DNA of 64,000 nucleotides, from NCBI GenBank assembly GCA_038496445.1, contig JALMLS010000165.1, positions 107,576-171,575 on the forward strand, written 5' to 3'. Source of the DNA: Trichosphaerium sp. ATCC 40318 (lineage: Eukaryota; Protista; Tubulinea). The notes below the pieces were generated by a model. It worked only from the letters and a program-made list of their open reading frames with translations, was not told the DNA's origin and made no database searches. Made by a program: the position numbers and the translations under genes. This document shows positions 61,568 through 64,000 of this stretch, piece after piece (position 1 is the stretch's first letter; each line of letters opens with the position of its first letter).

Positions 61568-62425
61568 CAGTACTAAAATGAAAAGTGTAAAAATAGCGAT
61601 AATCACCCCCAAAAATCTCGGGAATTTTAGACCCTCATTATCGGCCAATTTCATCCAAAAATCACGGGGTGAATTATCGCAAAAATCACGGGGTGAATTA
61701 TCGCAAAAATCTCCAGTGTAATTCTCGCAAAAATCTCCAGTGTAATTCTCACAAAAATCTCTGGTGTAATTCTCTCAAAAATCTCTGGTGGTGAATTTCA
61801 TTAAACGTCTTATACAAACACAATATTTATTAAAGTTTTACAAGTAAATACAAATATTAGGGGTTAGGGTTAGGGGTTAGGGTTAGGGGTTAGGGGAAAA
61901 TTACAAGTCGTCTCGCTCTTATTGTTGAATCGTATGCTGTAGTTAATTTTGTACAAATAATTAGTACCACCTAATATACCCATGTAATCATTAATGCGCA
62001 TACATTTAACCACGTACTTGAAAGTTTAATGATATTTTGGCTTATTGTTAAAGCGCTGTAATAAAAATGGTTAGTATGGCATTAATTGTGTTTATGGGTT
62101 AATATAGAGAGTTTTGTTAAATAATATAGAACGCATCTTAAAATGTTAAGTTTGCCATATCAAATTGACCATGTACTTTTTTTACAGAGATTTTTTGTAT
62201 AATTGCAGTTTATTGAGATTTTTTTAAAATTACACAACAAAAGAGAGTTTTTGTAAATTTACACTTTTGTGTCAGAGATTTTTCATAAAATTACACACCA
62301 AAGAGATTTTTTGTAAATTTACACTTTTACTACAATGTAATTTTTGTGGAAATCTCCAAAATTACACGTTTTTTGTGTAATTTGTAGGAAATCTCTGCAA
62401 AATTCTCAATTTATTTTTAGTACTG
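61568..62425. mobile_element. Non-autonomous TIR element (CACTA-like architecture) containing telomere-like repeats
   Basis: Perfect 11-bp TIR CAGTACTAAAA with flanks TTA/ATA. A 24-bp subterminal array at 61656-61790 has inverted counterparts at about 62185-62330. Confidence 0.8.
61857..61896 (+). repeat. Interstitial telomere-like array
   Basis: TTAGGGG TTAGGG TTAGGGG TTAGGG TTAGGGG TTAGGGG. Confidence 0.95.
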
Positions 62426-62952
62426 ATAGTAATGAGGTCTGAGTAGATCTCCACCTTAACGATCCAAAGAATAAGACCCTCTGTACCTTCTTGTTTTAGT
62501 CTCGCAGACTGTGCACTCTCGATTGTTTGGACCACATTAATAAGCGCATCCTTAACAACACTAACAGTTTGTTGTTGTGGCAAACTATTGGCTAAATCAG
62601 CCATAGCACTGTCAATGGTGGAGTTGTTGGCCATGTTCCTGGTTTGGTGAATAGAGTGAGCAACACGTATACACTAGAATTTTCAATGAACATCGGAAAA
62701 TTAGATTTAGCGAACATGAAAGTGAAGACAAATGGCCTATAGGTCCTAGCGACCTGCGACAAGCATACTACAAACACTTTGTAACATTTTGGGCTCAAAG
62801 GGCCCAAAGTGTTACCAAGACATACAGGGATACCCTAGGGCGTAAAATATGAGAAAGAAATAAAATAAGTTGAAGAGAAGCTGCAATCACCAGGCAGTTA
62901 AGCCGGCCTCCTACTAATTTATACTTACAATGGCCTCTTCTTTCAAAACAAG

Positions 62953-64000
62953 CAGGTCTAAAAAATATACCAGTTTTTTTGGTATATACCACTTTTATAC
63001 CACTTTTTATACCAGTTTTTTATGGTATATACAAAAAAAGTGGTATATTTTGACCGAAATATACCAAAAAAAGTGGTATATTGACCAATATACCAACAAT
63101 ATACCAAAAAAAACAGGTATAAAAACAGAAAATATACCACTTTTTTTCACCAGAAAAAAAAAAATACCACTTTTTTATACCACTTTTTTTAGGTATATAC
63201 CAGTTATATACCACTTTTTATACCAGTTTTTCATGGTATATACCACTCTTATATACCACTTTATGCTTACTTATAGTACACCTGCAATTCCAGAAAATAC
63301 ACTTTATTTAATACACAGTTTGTGAGTTACAAGTTTTGGACAATGTCCACTACAGTTACATTACTATGGGCATCTGGAAAATTCGTCCATCTCCATGAGC
63401 TTGCTGTACCTACTGTAAAAACATGCTGCGCACCTAATGAAAGTGGTTCCACCTGAATCTATCAATTACTAAGGCCTACGGAGGTCGGTTAATGTATATC
63501 AAACGAAAATAAAATAAAACTTTGTCTGGTACCCACGAACGTCTGTATAATACCTGCAATATAGTTTCCTCAATGTTGGTACTGGAATCAGGTCCTGCGG
63601 TCCGAATGAGCTTGGTTTGGTTAGATTCTATGATATACTAAGGTCCCTACGCACCGTTCAATGTATGACGTCCATGATCGTTCAACAAGAAAACCACCAA
63701 AAAGCTCCTTAATGACCTTCTTGAAGCATACCATAAAAGTGGTATATACCAATAAAAAGGTGGTATATACCACATACCATAAAAAAGTGGTATATACCAC
63801 TTTATATACCATTTTTAGAAGGTCTCATTATGTGAATGAAAAGTGGTATATACCACTTCTATATACCACTTTTTTATTCACTTAATTTTTAAAAAAGTGG
63901 TATTTCAAAATGGTATATACCAGTTCATATACCATTTTGTTGAAAAAAGTGGTATATACCATAAAAAAACTGGTATATACCACTTTAATTTTTAGACCTG
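62953..64000. mobile_element. Non-autonomous TIR element (hAT-like CAGG end) with ATATACCACTTTT subterminal arrays
   Basis: 12-bp TIR CAGGTCTAAAAA at 62953 with its reverse complement at 63989-64000. TATACCAC/GTGGTATA motifs occur in both orientations at 62965-63265 and 63728-63985. Confidence 0.8.

Larger units (their letters stand above)
60679..62634 (-). pseudogene. Intronless hypothetical gene (about 365 aa) split by an 858-bp insertion
   Basis: Removing 61568-62425 joins ...YSDLITI to KGSGESKAPVDVQKAF... in frame. Confidence 0.7.

Noticed and set aside
61656-61790. CRISPR array
   Set aside because: The 24-bp units are contiguous, with no spacers and no cas genes. The same applies to 37760-37831.
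61857-61896. True telomere
   Set aside because: Only six units, internal to a TIR element, with unique sequence on both sides.
62930-63885. Tyr/Thr/Phe-rich ORFs
   Set aside because: They are translations of the ATATACCACTTTT subterminal arrays.

Overview
Eukaryotic nuclear DNA, about one-third GC by eye, probably from a protist. It has short GT-AG introns (GTACG/GTATG/GTAAG donors) and uses the standard genetic code. Intron-rich housekeeping genes (Ras fragment, TPR protein, SNW1/SKIP, GNAT, atypical Rab7-like GTPase, ALKBH8, MsrA, C2 protein) are interleaved with a dense accessory complement. That complement includes at least 7 F-box genes plus remnants, five of them carrying surface-variable LRR or MORN-variant arrays of the kind common in giant viruses. 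It also includes a SUKH/SMI1 gene, two intronless 2OG-Fe(II) oxygenases, a membrane-anchored S41 protease, and a large Crinkler-like NTPase + restriction-endonuclease-fold gene whose ubiquitin-like repeats are encoded by symmetrical phase-1 exons. Several non-autonomous DNA transposons and LINE remnants are present, including an 858-bp element with telomere-like repeats that splits an ORF in frame. CACGTG is about tenfold over-represented. All gene models and family assignments were read by eye; no searches were run.
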